Virus record (IMG/VR): IMGVR_UViG_3300025015_000011
Location: 102,690-166,689 of that record
Length of the DNA: 64,000 nucleotides
Reading direction: 5' to 3' (one strand)
From: a virus
Part shown: positions 1 to 10,046 of the stretch, one piece after another
How positions within the stretch are numbered: position 1 is the first letter of the stretch
How the letters are laid out: each line of letters starts with the position of its first letter
Made by a program: the position numbers and the translations under genes
The notes under the pieces: generated by a model
What the model saw: only the letters and a program-made list of their open reading frames with translations
Database searches by the model: none
Told to the model about the DNA's origin: nothing

Positions 1-315
1 ACCTGAAGTAGCTACTGAAGTTGTAATATCAATTTCAGCATTCTTTGCAGTTGCTTTATCTACTACCCTTACAAAATAAAGGGTATTACCAAACATAAGG
101 TAACCAGCAGCAGTGAAGAAGTCCTCATAAGTATTTTCTGTTGGTTCTCCAAATAGTTCCGAGAAATACCTTTCATTTGTAACTAAAGTTCTTTGCCAAA
201 CTGGCCCTTTCTTTGCTGTACCTACATATCCTGCTATGCTTGTGGCAACTGCAGGTATATAAGTGCTCAGATCTCTTTCCAGGACATATTGCCCTGGGCT
301 CAAGTAGAATCCCAT
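1..315 (-). CDS. gp18: Tail sheath protein, N-terminal part (runs off window)
   Basis: Not in ORF track. Manual translation from ATG at 315: MGFYLSPGQYVLERDLSTYIPAVATSIAGYVGTAKKGPVWQRTLVTNERYFSELFGEP...FFTAAGYLMFGNTLYFVRVVD, a typical T4-like sheath N-terminus; AGGAG RBS upstream. Confidence 0.93.
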   Translation of the reverse strand, partial: MGFYLSPGQYVLERDLSTYIPAVATSIAGYVGTAKKGPVWQRTLVTNERYFSELFGEPTENTYEDFFTAAGYLMFGNTLYFVRVVDKATAKNAEIDITTSVATSG

Positions 316-371
316 GTTTTCTCCTTTAAACTTTGTTGTTATTTGGAACGGTTAATAATTCATGTTACAAG

Positions 372-379
372 TATTTATA
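372..379 (-). promoter_or_regulatory. T4-type late promoter TATAAATA upstream of the sheath gene
   Basis: Exact TATAAATA on the minus strand. Confidence 0.75.
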
Positions 380-980
380 TTTTATGCCAAAGTTCATCAA
401 GGTCTATTTTAGTATTTACTCTGATTCCATAATATTCTGTGCAGATTAACATTATTTCAGACCTTGAACGAAATCCATCTACTAAATTTTTATTGGTGTA
501 TTCACCAGATTCAACAAATTCTTCCATAGAACCATCAGGATATTCATCTTTAAGGATATCTTTAGCATAATCATTGGCATATAAGAAATCTTTAAATTCA
601 ACAAATACATCTGATATATGAGGGCTCCACCAATATGTATAACCATCTACTGGGAAGATTATATAAGGTTCTTTGCCTTTAGCATAAAATTGAGTATCCA
701 TTTCAGACCCAGTTGAAAATACTGCTTTAGCCCTTATATTAGATTCACCATACAATTTTTCAAAAGCAGCATTAAAATCTTCCTGCATTTCAGGACGGGA
801 GTTTTTAGGCTTTCTATCAATCCTTGGTACTAATTTTATAAATTCATCTGTTTGATTAGGTATGCCTCTATAAAGATAATATTGTTTTGACTCTTTTAAG
901 AATTGTGAACAGTCCTGTTTGATTAATTCAATAATATTCTCTTGATTTAGATCTTCTGTTAAAAATCTTTTAAAGTTCAT
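375..980 (-). CDS. Putative virion-internal ADP-ribosyltransferase-like protein (family A paralog)
   Basis: N-term MNFKRFLTE; YLYRG...AVFSTGS...YIIFP..Y.YWWSP...SEIML; paralog of the five genes at 20781-25292. Confidence 0.55.
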   Translation of the reverse strand: MNFKRFLTEDLNQENIIELIKQDCSQFLKESKQYYLYRGIPNQTDEFIKLVPRIDRKPKNSRPEMQEDFNAAFEKLYGESNIRAKAVFSTGSEMDTQFYAKGKEPYIIFPVDGYTYWWSPHISDVFVEFKDFLYANDYAKDILKDEYPDGSMEEFVESGEYTNKNLVDGFRSRSEIMLICTEYYGIRVNTKIDLDELWHKI

Positions 981-2581
981 TATGACCTCATTAGTTCCCT
1001 TTCAAATATTGCTATATCGCTAAAATCTTCATCTGAATAAACATCAAGAGGTTCTTCATAAACTTCTTCATCTTCTTCTTTTGTTTTAGTTCTAATATTT
1101 GTAAAATCTTCTTGGTCATAATATTGAGGAAGTGTTGTTATGTAAAGACCCCAATAAAGAGAAGTCACATAATCATCATGTTCGTTATCATCGGCCTGAA
1201 ATCTACCAGGAGCTGTTTCAATGAATCTAGCAAGTTCATATATAGTATTATTATCAACAATATTAACAGCATTATCTTCGAGCATATCTTTTAATGTAGT
1301 AACAGCTCGAGATTTTGTTTTAGTAGTGGCTCTGATACCAATATCTTTTTTACCTGTATCAACATCTACTAGGTTATCATATTCCTCTTCATTCCAAATA
1401 GTTTGAGCGGCTGCATAGCCTTCAGCATTATTTTCAATCATTATAAAGGCATTATTATACATCTTGGCGACTTTAACTACATACTTTCCAAACTTTCTTG
1501 GGTTGAGATTATTGTCTCCAAAAACAGCAACTTGTTGAATAGGTGTTACACTAAGGTCAAGAACTTGAATAACAGAATTATCACCTTGAACACCTTTACC
1601 CACATCTACACCAAGGACATATTTATGACCAGCTTTTGGTGTTTCATAAATATGTAGACCTTCAGGTGTGATACTTATAGGAGATTCAGAATCAAAAGCT
1701 TCTAAAGTCTTGGCATTAATTAAAGTTCTGGAACTTCCTAAGAATTCACAAAGGTACTCAGAATTGACTCGAACCTCCCCAATATCTAGTTTCATTTGTT
1801 CAAGCCAATTATCATCTCTACCAGGAACATCTCTCCAATGGACTTTAAATGGTTTAAAAGAATTCCGCCCTTTCTCTGCCTTCTTCCAAATATTATAAAA
1901 ATGGTTCATACCATTGGGAGTACTAACCATAATAATTTTAGCTTCTTCTGAAGATGATATAGTCGGAAAAACAGAAGATATAAAATCATCTGCTATATTA
2001 ATAGGAAGAAAAGCAAATTCATCACATAAACATATTCCAGAAACTGTAATACCCCTTATTGCTGAAGCACTTGATGAACAACAAGAAATATCACTTCCAT
2101 TCTCTAATGAGAAAGAAGTGGCGTTCCATTCTTTAACTCCTGGTTGCATCCAGTGAGGTAAATTTTCATATAAAACTTTTGTTTTATAAAATATTTCTTT
2201 TGATATTTTCTCTTTATTTGCAAGTATAACACTTTTCTTTGAAGAATGAAAAATAGTATACCAAGTCATATAAATGGCGGAGATAGTCGATTTTCCACTC
2301 TGTCTGCCTGAGAGGATACAAGAGTGTCTGTTTTCATGTATATGATTAAGTAAATTTTTTTGGTAATCCCTCAGCTCTACTATCACTTTGCCTTTATCTG
2401 CACTTAGGATATAAGCATAATGCTCAGCAAAGTACTGAGGGTTTTTGGCACATCTTACTAGCTCTTCAATTTGCTCTTCTGAGTATTCTGACTTTATGAA
2501 AGCTCTCTTTAAGTTGGGATTGCCTTCATATCTTGCAAATCTTGGTAATTCAGTATCAGTTAGTCTAATTATTTGTTCCAT
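980..2581 (-). CDS. gp17: Terminase large subunit
   Basis: LRDYQ adenine-binding motif, GRQSGKST Walker A, LCDEFAF Walker B, VSTPNGMNHFY, LGVDVGKG nuclease, HDDYV. Confidence 0.97.
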   Translation of the reverse strand: MEQIIRLTDTELPRFARYEGNPNLKRAFIKSEYSEEQIEELVRCAKNPQYFAEHYAYILSADKGKVIVELRDYQKNLLNHIHENRHSCILSGRQSGKSTISAIYMTWYTIFHSSKKSVILANKEKISKEIFYKTKVLYENLPHWMQPGVKEWNATSFSLENGSDISCCSSSASAIRGITVSGICLCDEFAFLPINIADDFISSVFPTISSSEEAKIIMVSTPNGMNHFYNIWKKAEKGRNSFKPFKVHWRDVPGRDDNWLEQMKLDIGEVRVNSEYLCEFLGSSRTLINAKTLEAFDSESPISITPEGLHIYETPKAGHKYVLGVDVGKGVQGDNSVIQVLDLSVTPIQQVAVFGDNNLNPRKFGKYVVKVAKMYNNAFIMIENNAEGYAAAQTIWNEEEYDNLVDVDTGKKDIGIRATTKTKSRAVTTLKDMLEDNAVNIVDNNTIYELARFIETAPGRFQADDNEHDDYVTSLYWGLYITTLPQYYDQEDFTNIRTKTKEEDEEVYEEPLDVYSDEDFSDIAIFERELMRS

Positions 2582-3008
2582 TATTTTTGTTTAAAATTTT
2601 ATCTAAAATATCACTAGTTGAATATACATTAAGTTGGTTTGTAACATTTCTTACATTTCCATTACTATCTTTATTTAACTGTATTTCAAATTTCTTCTCT
2701 TCTGTATTTAAACTTAATAAAATATCAGTTAATTTAGCAACAGAATCAATTAGCTTAGCTACACTTTCTGTTGCTTTTGCATCTGGGGCTGAATTATGAA
2801 CATCAAGAGCAGCATCAAGAGCAGTATGAGCTTTTTCTAAAGTAGTCTTCAATTGTTTCCTTATTGCTTTTGAATCTTTAACTGTATCCTTTATATTTGC
2901 TGATGGTTTTTCTTCAGTAAATTCTATCTTGGTTGGTTCAGAAACTACCATTGCTACTTCTTCTACATTGAATACTTCATTTAATTTTCTTGTCATTATT
3001 CTACCCAC
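2565..3008 (-). CDS. gp16: Probable terminase small subunit
   Basis: Lies between gp15 and gp17; helical, C-terminal NVTNQLNVYSTSDIL resembles T4-like gp16. Confidence 0.7.
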   Translation of the reverse strand: MGRIMTRKLNEVFNVEEVAMVVSEPTKIEFTEEKPSANIKDTVKDSKAIRKQLKTTLEKAHTALDAALDVHNSAPDAKATESVAKLIDSVAKLTDILLSLNTEEKKFEIQLNKDSNGNVRNVTNQLNVYSTSDILDKILNKNNGTNN

Positions 3009-3760
3009 CCATCTTCTATAACTGTATAATCATCTTGAGACCCAGATACTGAATATGTATGAGTTGCCAGTAAATCATTGCCTGATGGTGTAAGTGTTGT
3101 CATATCAAGAAGCTCAGTATAAACATTCTTAATGATATTACTCACAAGAACTGGTTTATAAATAAAACAATCACAAGTAAAGTTTAAATCCCAAGATATT
3201 TTCCTTATATCAGTTTCATCAATATCATCCATAAAATTAGGTACTGTATTTACAAGATTGATTTTTATATCCCTTGTAAGGCTTGGAATCATATCAAACT
3301 CTTGTATGGTCAATGTCTTGCACGGATTAAAGTATGGAAGTATCTGCTCAAGAATTTGATTGACTTCTGTTATATGTAAAGATATTAAAGTAACAGTAAA
3401 ATCTAAAGTATATGCTGAAGGTCTGTAAATAGCATCAAACTGTTCTGAATTTATAGAATTTCTAAATATTTGCTGTATCTCACTTCCTTGAACTTTTACT
3501 GAAGTAGGATTCAACCCAGTAATTATCACTGCTATCTTTGGTAGATAAGTACTAAAATCCATTTGTGAAGACTTTTTAATGGATGTTATAAATTTCTGTT
3601 TCTGTCCGAAAACTACAGGAACATTCCTATAATTAATAAGAGTACCATCAGTATCAAATTTACCAATACGAATATCAGTAAATAAAGACATGAAAGCCGT
3701 AGTGACCTTTTTAATTATATTTGGGAAATAAAATTTTCTATCGTTATCAGTATAAGACAT
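2996..3760 (-). CDS. gp15: Tail sheath stabilizer / tail completion protein
   Basis: FY..IIKK...AFMSLF.DI, VPVVFGQKQKF, QILEQILPYFNP. Confidence 0.92.
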   Translation of the reverse strand: MSYTDNDRKFYFPNIIKKVTTAFMSLFTDIRIGKFDTDGTLINYRNVPVVFGQKQKFITSIKKSSQMDFSTYLPKIAVIITGLNPTSVKVQGSEIQQIFRNSINSEQFDAIYRPSAYTLDFTVTLISLHITEVNQILEQILPYFNPCKTLTIQEFDMIPSLTRDIKINLVNTVPNFMDDIDETDIRKISWDLNFTCDCFIYKPVLVSNIIKNVYTELLDMTTLTPSGNDLLATHTYSVSGSQDDYTVIEDGWVE

Positions 3761-3761
3761 A

Positions 3762-5318
3762 TTAGCTTAGCCTATGAATACTCATATAAGTCACACTAGT
3801 GCCATTCACAATGTTCTGCAGGGAAACAGCATCATGATATACGAATAATTCAATATATTGTGCAGTATCTGTTATTTCTATAATATCATTAATAGGCACA
3901 TCTATTGTGGATGAACTTACTGAAGAAATAACTCTAGATGATGCCCAGATGGTGCTTGATAACTGAAGGGCCACTATATATTGTTTATCTTGTTCTGTGC
4001 TATTAATTTGTACTTTTCCAGAAATAGAATAAAATCCTTTAATACCTGGTTGAAATCTAAAATTAGTAACATTATCAAATTTACTAGCAGAATCAAATGT
4101 CTCACCATTCAATTCTACTTTGGTCCATTGTGAACCACTAACAGATTGTGTTGTGGCATCTAAAAATGCTCTGCATCTTAAATAATTAAATGTTGGCTTA
4201 TAAACTATAGTGGAGCCAGTACCTGAATAAATTATCTGGTCTGAATATTCTGTGTTAATATACAATTTACTATCAACTGGTAATGATATAGTTCCATCAT
4301 TACCAGTTGAGTCCCATTTACCACCATCTATATTTATTTGAGCATTAACATTAGTAAAATCTAATAAAGCAGAACCTAAGGTATGTAAATGGCAATTTTT
4401 AAAATAAATAGGACTGCAATTAGCAGTACCACTAGGAGTATCAGGCCTTTTAAAGATTGCTGATGTTGAATTTTCAAACCAGCAAGAGTCAAAACCATAT
4501 TCAGCTATAGTATCATTTCCAGAATATTTTATATCAATACTATTTCCAGTAAATATAACACCTGAACAGTTAGCACTTGAGGAAGCCTTTGTTTTAATAC
4601 CAGCTTCAGTACAGCCTGCAATAGTACCTCTATTAATTTTCATTGCTTGTGCTCCAATATTAATACCTACAGCTGCTGTTTCAATTATAATATCTTCAAT
4701 TACAGAATCTGCTATAGCTTGATATCCTGTAGTCGAACCTGTATCTATTGCAGTTCCTGTAATATTTTGAACAGTGACTCTTTTTATAAAAATATGAGTG
4801 GGATGAAATGCACCAGAAGTAAAGCCCATTTTGATTCCATTAACTGCTAAAGCGTCGCCATCAAATCCCATGTCTTCTATTTCATAAAAATCACTACCTT
4901 CAAAATTAAAAAAACTATTAATAGTACTTGAGGCTTTTAAAGTTGAGCCTCTCCATATAGAATCTCTTCTACGGTGCCCAACTATTCTAAAATTAGCCTG
5001 ACCAGAATATACTATTGGTGCAGTAATCTTATAATCACCAGCAGGGAAGTAAATGGTTACTCCTCTTCCTCCAGTAGGTATTGTATTAAAAACTAATTGT
5101 AAAGCAACAGTATCATCAGTTACACCATCACCAACAGCTCCATATGCTTTAACATCAAACCAGGGACCAGATTTTAAAATTAAATCATTAGCAGTGATTT
5201 CATCATGTGTGCCATCAATATTATGTTCAGACATCATTAAACGATTGAGCGTATCCTCTCGGGTAGGATGATTAGCACCTACCATCCGTTCTATATGTTG
5301 TATCCTTTTATCTTCCAT
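3762..5318 (-). CDS. Beta-helix (pectate lyase-like) spike/depolymerase with C-terminal C1q-like domain
   Basis: VKAYGAVGDGVTDDTVALQ...IYFPAGDY motif; beta-helix-like composition; C-terminal FQPGIKGFYSISGKV. Confidence 0.75.
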   Translation of the reverse strand: MEDKRIQHIERMVGANHPTREDTLNRLMMSEHNIDGTHDEITANDLILKSGPWFDVKAYGAVGDGVTDDTVALQLVFNTIPTGGRGVTIYFPAGDYKITAPIVYSGQANFRIVGHRRRDSIWRGSTLKASSTINSFFNFEGSDFYEIEDMGFDGDALAVNGIKMGFTSGAFHPTHIFIKRVTVQNITGTAIDTGSTTGYQAIADSVIEDIIIETAAVGINIGAQAMKINRGTIAGCTEAGIKTKASSSANCSGVIFTGNSIDIKYSGNDTIAEYGFDSCWFENSTSAIFKRPDTPSGTANCSPIYFKNCHLHTLGSALLDFTNVNAQINIDGGKWDSTGNDGTISLPVDSKLYINTEYSDQIIYSGTGSTIVYKPTFNYLRCRAFLDATTQSVSGSQWTKVELNGETFDSASKFDNVTNFRFQPGIKGFYSISGKVQINSTEQDKQYIVALQLSSTIWASSRVISSVSSSTIDVPINDIIEITDTAQYIELFVYHDAVSLQNIVNGTSVTYMSIHRLS

Positions 5319-5332
5319 TATATCTCATCTCC

Positions 5333-5911
5333 TTAAATGTTCCCATCTGCTAATATACCTAATGGTAAACCAGCATAAAAATATCCATACGCTGTATATT
5401 CTATAATATTGTACATTGAACCTGTTGCTAGAATTAATGTTGGATATCCAGCAAAATAATCACCATTAGCAATATAATCAACAATTACTTCTGTGGTCAC
5501 ATTGTCATTATCTAATGATATTGGTATACCACCACAATATATTTTAGGACTAATTGTAAGATATTGACCTGCTTCTAATGTTATAGTATCTGGAAATTTT
5601 ACTATTTCAATTAATTTATTTGAATTACATAAAAAATATCCCGAAATATTCCAGTTCTGAAGTAAAGGATTGAAATATAATATTCTATTCAAATAAGCTG
5701 ACATTTCAAGGTCATCTATTATCCAATCATATTTTGGAATAGAAATTCTTTCATATTCAGAATAAGTTAATTCATAATCAGTAAATGAAGACAAAACTTC
5801 ATTTTCAGTGAGGACAGTATTAGAATACCACAAACCAAGATAGAGAGTATTCTTTGGAAAATACTCTTCTAATAATTTAATTCTAAATTCAGTATTTAAT
5901 ATAGTTTGCAT
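5333..5911 (-). CDS. Putative structural protein (paralog of 5911-6303)
   Basis: Shares LYLGLW..LSSF..YEL...EY.RI.IPK..W and GYF motifs with its neighbour; located in the neck cluster. Confidence 0.5.
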   Translation of the reverse strand: MQTILNTEFRIKLLEEYFPKNTLYLGLWYSNTVLTENEVLSSFTDYELTYSEYERISIPKYDWIIDDLEMSAYLNRILYFNPLLQNWNISGYFLCNSNKLIEIVKFPDTITLEAGQYLTISPKIYCGGIPISLDNDNVTTEVIVDYIANGDYFAGYPTLILATGSMYNIIEYTAYGYFYAGLPLGILADGNI

Positions 5912-6303
5912 TAAACCATCTTAATCTTTGGTTGGATTGTCAAAACTGCTATTCCTTTTGTCAAAATTTGAGAAGAATCATATTGAGTTATACTTAAAAG
6001 AATTCCTGAATTATCATAACTTGAGGAAATAAAATACCCATATATATCAGTCCAATCTTGATATATGGGAGAAAAGGTAATATCACTGGCAGTATAAATT
6101 AAATCATCTCCAAGTACCCAAGTTCCCTTTGGTATAACAATTCTTTTATATTCCTTTAAATTCTTCAATTCATAAAAATTAAATGAACTTAAAGTAAAAT
6201 TATTCTCTCTTATCTTGCCTGTACTTGTCCAAAGACCTAACCACAAGTCATAGGTATTCAGATAATTCTCTAATATTTCTTTTTTACCTTCATTTATCAA
6301 CAT
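5911..6303 (-). CDS. Putative structural protein (paralog of 5333-5911)
   Basis: MLINEGK..IL, LWLGLW, YKRIVIPKGTW, DWTDIYGYF. Confidence 0.5.
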   Translation of the reverse strand: MLINEGKKEILENYLNTYDLWLGLWTSTGKIRENNFTLSSFNFYELKNLKEYKRIVIPKGTWVLGDDLIYTASDITFSPIYQDWTDIYGYFISSSYDNSGILLSITQYDSSQILTKGIAVLTIQPKIKMV

Positions 6304-6878
6304 TATTCAAATGCTCCAAAAATTGACTCATCACCTATTTTTTCCACTACTATACCACTGACTGCTTGTGATATAGCACTGTTATCATTTATGTTATCTG
6401 TAATATTTTCATAATTAGTTATGGTGTTCAATGTATTGAGAAATTCCTCTCCAGAAATATCTGCTGCTTTTAATTTAATTTCCCACACAAATTTCTTTTG
6501 AAGGAATATAGCATTCTCTTTATCTATATCTGTAACGATGAATAACCGTGACATATAATCAACCCAAACATAATCACCAGCCTTTGGGTCTACACCAACA
6601 GAATCTGAAAATTCTTTAACATCAATACTTATTGAAAGAATATCATTTGAACCTAAACCAAAACGAGTCAAAATCCAGTCTTCTTGGATTGTCTCTGTGT
6701 ATGCTTTTAATTTATATTCTGCTTCAATTAAAGGTTTAGAATCTTCACTATAGATAGGTTCTTTACTTTCATTAAAACTAGTAATATAGTATTTAATGTT
6801 AATCCCAAAGATTTGAATTGCTTCTCTGGTGACAGCTTCAAAAAGAGCTCTATCTGGGTTATTAGTGAAGTTAAACAT
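6303..6878 (-). CDS. gp14: Neck protein
   Basis: EAIQIFGINIKY, EPIYSED, TRFGL, PKAGDYV; follows gp13. Confidence 0.88.
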   Translation of the reverse strand: MFNFTNNPDRALFEAVTREAIQIFGINIKYYITSFNESKEPIYSEDSKPLIEAEYKLKAYTETIQEDWILTRFGLGSNDILSISIDVKEFSDSVGVDPKAGDYVWVDYMSRLFIVTDIDKENAIFLQKKFVWEIKLKAADISGEEFLNTLNTITNYENITDNINDNSAISQAVSGIVVEKIGDESIFGAFE

Positions 6879-6909
6879 TATTTCCTTTTAAATATTTATG
6901 ATGAATGTA

Positions 6910-7647
6910 CTATCCAATTAGAAATCCAAGGGGTTCTGACTCATAATTTATCATTTCATTCATCCAATATTCTCTTTCTTGTATACCTTCATTCTTTAAA
7001 GAATCCCCATTTAAAGTTCCACCTCCAGGAAGAGGTATACCATTATACTTGCCCCAAATTGTACCAAGGACTATTTTAGTATAAGCAAGAGCTAAATTCT
7101 TAACTACTGGTTCATCAAATATAGTTGTTTTAACATTATGTTCCCAGAAAGAATAAACAGTTAAGATACCAGTTAAGGCCTTTGTTGGTTTAGGTGTTAG
7201 TTTTAATTCTCTCGTATATTTGTTATAATTGACAAAGAACCTTGCTGCTAATTTATCTTTCATCAATTCAATATATTCTTGAGCTAATTCCCATGTAACC
7301 ATTTCCATAGGAGCATGACCTGCAAGCATGCCTTCATTGTAAAGTATATTCTCTACTGTAAATAATTGAGTAATTGAACCACCAAAAGAATAGGAAGTAT
7401 CAAAATCTATTATGCTAGCAACATTTTCATTTAAAGTATAAGTATCTATACCAGGAGCTAAATCTATAATAAGAGCATTTTGGTAAGTTACACCACCAGA
7501 ATATCTCTGAAACCATTGAATAGCATCATTGATATTATCTAAGATGACAGAATCATCTATCTCCAGGTTAATCGTAGGATAGCCTAATTTCCTTTTAATC
7601 CAAGAGCATAGTTTGATACTACTATCAATCTCTGTCCTTATTGACAT
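6910..7647 (-). CDS. gp13: Neck protein
   Basis: RKLGYPTINLEID...INDAIQWF; KYNGIPLPGGGTLNG. Confidence 0.93.
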   Translation of the reverse strand: MSIRTEIDSSIKLCSWIKRKLGYPTINLEIDDSVILDNINDAIQWFQRYSGGVTYQNALIIDLAPGIDTYTLNENVASIIDFDTSYSFGGSITQLFTVENILYNEGMLAGHAPMEMVTWELAQEYIELMKDKLAARFFVNYNKYTRELKLTPKPTKALTGILTVYSFWEHNVKTTIFDEPVVKNLALAYTKIVLGTIWGKYNGIPLPGGGTLNGDSLKNEGIQEREYWMNEMINYESEPLGFLIG

Positions 7648-7922
7648 TTTTCTTCCTCTAGTTTTTGTATAAATTTAAATCCATCAACTTTATTTTTTAT
7701 TGATTTATGAATTAAATAAGCAGTAATGTTTTCTTTTTGAACAGCATCTTTTATACAACCATAAGCATTACCATTAACTAATACTTTTATAGCTTTACCA
7801 TGACCTGGCCCTTTATTTGCATCACTAATCTTTTTTCTAACTTCAGGTCTTTTATTAGGATTTTTCTCACTTTTCATTATTTTACTTAATTTTTCACGAG
7901 TTATTTCTGTTCTTACACCCAT
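7638..7922 (-). pseudogene. Homing endonuclease remnant (NUMOD3-type DNA-binding motifs only) fused to a gp13-like start
   Basis: NPNKRPEVRKKISDANKG motif; no GIY-YIG/HNH domain; starts MGVRTEIT, compared with gp13 MSIRTEID. Confidence 0.6.
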
Positions 7923-7924
7923 TA

Positions 7925-8236
7925 TTAATCCTTTTTATAGATAGAGTCTAATTTCTGCTCTAACACTTCTTTTTCTTTGAGAGACCTTCTATACTCAGCT
8001 TTCATCTCAGATGGCATTGTTTTATTTTGATATCTATCCTCAATGCTCCAAATTCTATTTTGTAAATGAGTTATATTATCTTCAAGTATTTTAATGTCAA
8101 GGCGCTTTTCAATCATTTTGACTTCTTCTGCATGAGCATACTTCAAGTCAAGAAAAGAATAAGCACCCCAGGTAATACCAATTATGGTTGCTAATGTTCC
8201 TAGAACTCCAATAGCTTGTTTCCAATATTTAGACAT
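7925..8236 (-). CDS. Small membrane-anchored coiled-coil protein
   Basis: One N-terminal hydrophobic segment followed by a charged helix. Confidence 0.55.
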   Translation of the reverse strand: MSKYWKQAIGVLGTLATIIGITWGAYSFLDLKYAHAEEVKMIEKRLDIKILEDNITHLQNRIWSIEDRYQNKTMPSEMKAEYRRSLKEKEVLEQKLDSIYKKD

Positions 8237-8707
8237 TTACTTACCCTTTAAGAATTGTAACATCTCATTCGTATCGACTTCAGGGACGTCATTTGGTTTA
8301 AATTCTAAATCAGCTTTAGTTGGCCAATACTCTTTAGGAAAGTAATTTTTATCAGCCAAGGACTTACTATCAAGGTCTACTTTCCTTATATAAAGGGCTT
8401 GTGGATTTGCTTTGGCTAAATTGATTAATAATTCGACTACCTCACCAGTGACAGGTTGACCAGCTGGGATGAGAACAAATCTACCAGTGTAATCTATTAC
8501 TTCAAAATTGCTAGCATTATCCTTTTCAAATTCCTTCTGAACCTTTTCTGGGGTTAAGAATTCAGCACCAGGTCCTGGCTTCATAGAAGTCTTTTCTCTT
8601 GATTTCTGCCCTACTTGACTTATTAACTGATTTAACCTGGATTTAATTTTTGAATTAAGCCCTGATTTTTGAACTGTTACTGATATTGATTTGAGTGTAT
8701 CTGTCAT
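8237..8707 (-). CDS. Hypothetical late protein
   Basis: ORF with AGGAG RBS and late promoter at 8741-8748. Confidence 0.65.
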   Translation of the reverse strand: MTDTLKSISVTVQKSGLNSKIKSRLNQLISQVGQKSREKTSMKPGPGAEFLTPEKVQKEFEKDNASNFEVIDYTGRFVLIPAGQPVTGEVVELLINLAKANPQALYIRKVDLDSKSLADKNYFPKEYWPTKADLEFKPNDVPEVDTNEMLQFLKGK

Positions 8708-8740
8708 GTTAAACTCCTTAGTTATTTAACCTCTTGCAAA

Positions 8741-8748
8741 TATTTATA
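8741..8748 (-). promoter_or_regulatory. Late promoter TATAAATA
   Basis: Exact motif heading the neck/terminase operon. Confidence 0.75.
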
Positions 8749-8802
8749 ATTCTATGCCATAATAATGATAGAAATTGAACATTTTGAGGAAGAATAATGT
8801 TC

Positions 8803-8831
8803 TTGACAAACAATTCTTCTTGTATTATAAT
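8803..8831 (+). promoter_or_regulatory. Sigma70-consensus early promoter
   Basis: TTGACA-17 bp-TATAAT, perfect consensus. Confidence 0.85.
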
Positions 8832-8858
8832 GTATATAAATAAATTGATAAAGGAGAA

Positions 8859-9269
8859 GTGAAAATGATATTCCACCCATCAGATATTTGTACATGTGGT
8901 CATTCACAAATGGTTCATATTGGTCGCTGTTGTGGTAAAAAAGAAGGTAAGGGTTGTAACTGTAAAAAATTTGAATTGAGGCCAGACCCCGAGAAAGGTC
9001 CAATTGAGCCTATGACATATGATTTCATGTATGAAAAAGTAATCAATAAAGAATATGACACCATACCATCCCCCAGCCAGCAGTTTCGCTCAGATCTCAG
9101 AAGTATGCTTGAACATGAGTCAAGACATTTATTGACAGACGAACAATTTAGTGTAATCTTTGAGAATGTATTTGAGAATGTATGGCCCTTGGGGCATTCC
9201 TCTGGATTTAGCGAAGTACTGAATTATGCTGTTGATTTTATAGAACTAATCAAAGTCTTCAAGGACTGA
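8859..9269 (+). CDS. Hypothetical early protein, Cys/His-rich N-terminus
   Basis: CTCGH...H...C...CNC; AGGAG RBS. Confidence 0.65.
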   Translation: MKMIFHPSDICTCGHSQMVHIGRCCGKKEGKGCNCKKFELRPDPEKGPIEPMTYDFMYEKVINKEYDTIPSPSQQFRSDLRSMLEHESRHLLTDEQFSVIFENVFENVWPLGHSSGFSEVLNYAVDFIELIKVFKD

Positions 9270-9342
9270 TTATTGAAGAGGAAAAAGGGAAATCCAGCGG
9301 TTGCAACTTGGGTGATTAAAAACAAATAACAGGGGCCTGATT

Positions 9343-9528
9343 ATGAAAACTGCCATTGTTCTCTATCCACAGGATTTAAAGATTCTAAAACTCACAGAAG
9401 ACCAGATAAATGGGAAGTCTTCCTTTGTTTCTGACCTTCTCGATATAGGCTATTTTCATCCAAAGGAATACAAAGTTGTTGCAAAGCGAATAATAGATGG
9501 GGCCCTCATTGTTGAATCTGTGAGGTGA
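9343..9528 (+). CDS. Hypothetical early protein
   Basis: ORF track; co-oriented with island. Confidence 0.5.
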   Translation: MKTAIVLYPQDLKILKLTEDQINGKSSFVSDLLDIGYFHPKEYKVVAKRIIDGALIVESVR

Positions 9529-9548
9529 GATATGTATATATGACCTTA

Positions 9549-9577
9549 TTGACAATAAGAAATATTTGTGATAAAAT
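9549..9577 (+). promoter_or_regulatory. Sigma70-type early promoter
   Basis: TTGACA-17 bp-TAAAAT with TG extension. Confidence 0.75.
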
Positions 9578-9606
9578 ATCTTTATTAAATTTGAGGAGGT
9601 CATTAT

Positions 9607-9807
9607 ATGCTTAAACTTGTCCTTGAAACCCAATCTGAAACCAAAGAATTTTCAGTCACAGAAGCCCAAAGAGATATAATCAATGACTGCACTAGTGCAG
9701 AAGCTGAAATAAAAGGGGTAAATCTCTTCAAAGAAATCACAGGCAAAAATATCAATTATTTTGTCTGTATAGATAAAGGTAACTGGTTCTTCTGGGAAGG
9801 CGAATGA
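9607..9807 (+). CDS. Hypothetical early protein
   Basis: GAGGAGG RBS. Confidence 0.6.
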   Translation: MLKLVLETQSETKEFSVTEAQRDIINDCTSAEAEIKGVNLFKEITGKNINYFVCIDKGNWFFWEGE

Positions 9808-10046
9808 TGGAAAGAAAAATATATGAAGTTATATTTCCTGCAAAATATACCAAAAGGGATAAAGTCAATGACCTTCTAAATTCATTCAAACCATTTTTCA
9901 AGGTTAATAAAGAAGAGAAAGAAATACGGATAGAAACACCAAATTCTTACTCCGCGAAAAGTATTCAAGAAGCATTGTCTAGTGCTTCTATCCCTTTTAC
10001 TGAAATTACAGTTGATGTTTTTTATATACTTGGAGGTAATATATGA
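9804..10046 (+). CDS. Hypothetical early protein
   Basis: ATGA overlap with upstream gene. Confidence 0.55.
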   Translation: MMERKIYEVIFPAKYTKRDKVNDLLNSFKPFFKVNKEEKEIRIETPNSYSAKSIQEALSSASIPFTEITVDVFYILGGNI

